From NCBI GenBank assembly GCA_017560225.1, contig JAFYOJ010000006.1, positions 1 to 39,086 of the forward strand: a stretch of DNA of 39,086 nucleotides, written 5' to 3'. This document shows positions 38,880 through 39,086 of this stretch, in pieces; within the stretch, counting starts at the first letter, position 1, and each line of letters opens with the position of its first letter. The position numbers and the translations under genes were made by a program. Under the pieces are notes generated by a model that saw only the letters and a list, made by a program, of their open reading frames with translations, was not told where the DNA came from and did not search any database. This stretch comes from Clostridia bacterium (lineage in GTDB: Bacteria > Bacillota > Clostridia > UBA1212 > UBA1255).

Positions 38880-39086
38880 AGTGTGCCATCCGTTCCCTCT
38901 GGACTCCTTAAAAGGCTGCGTCGGAGCAGAAGCAATCCCGATCTATTGCCTCTGCATCCTTGCAACCTTACGGCTCATTTTGGTACAAGCACACCCACAG
39001 CTTGTCCCTTACTTGCCGTATTGAAGTAGACAACATTCTCACCGTTGGCTCGAATGTTTCCCTCCGCAACGGACGAGTGTATCCGT

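Noticed and set aside
38695-39086. Plus-strand 109-aa ORF, and a possible minus-strand gene end at the window edge
   Set aside because: The plus ORF crosses the oriT and hairpins with no motif or RBS. The minus-strand fragment (...VGVLVPK*) is too short to identify.

Overview
This window is from a compact chromosome of an endospore-forming Clostridia-like Firmicute. Bases 1-20,600 are mostly housekeeping and sporulation genes: priA (cut by the window edge), dpaAB, spoVS-ymdB-rny, cysK, zapA-U32-dut-ispF, an NlpC/P60 lipoprotein and metG. The accessory stretch that follows has two tandem paralogous surface proteins, a YtrA/GntR-ABC operon, a WYL regulator, an MBL hydrolase and thioredoxin. Next is a tightly packed lipid-handling operon (29.4-35.4 kb): divergent DegV/FakB, FakA/DAK2, a GPH-type MFS transporter, a PlsC-like acyltransferase and an alpha/beta hydrolase with Cys in place of the nucleophilic Ser. 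The window ends inside a Tn4451-like integrative mobilizable element with a large serine recombinase, TnpW, a MobV relaxase that appears to start at ATA, and a MOBV oriT. The most unusual signals are the lipid operon with altered catalytic and ligand-binding residues, and fixed-geometry inverted-repeat elements in intergenic DNA. These are three GGGTACAT-N18-TTTGTACCCA units at 17.5 kb and a TTGGGCGTA...TACGCCCAA motif found upstream of both ymdB and the WYL gene. I saw no rRNA, tRNA or CRISPR-Cas. All family calls come from motif recognition by eye, not database searches.
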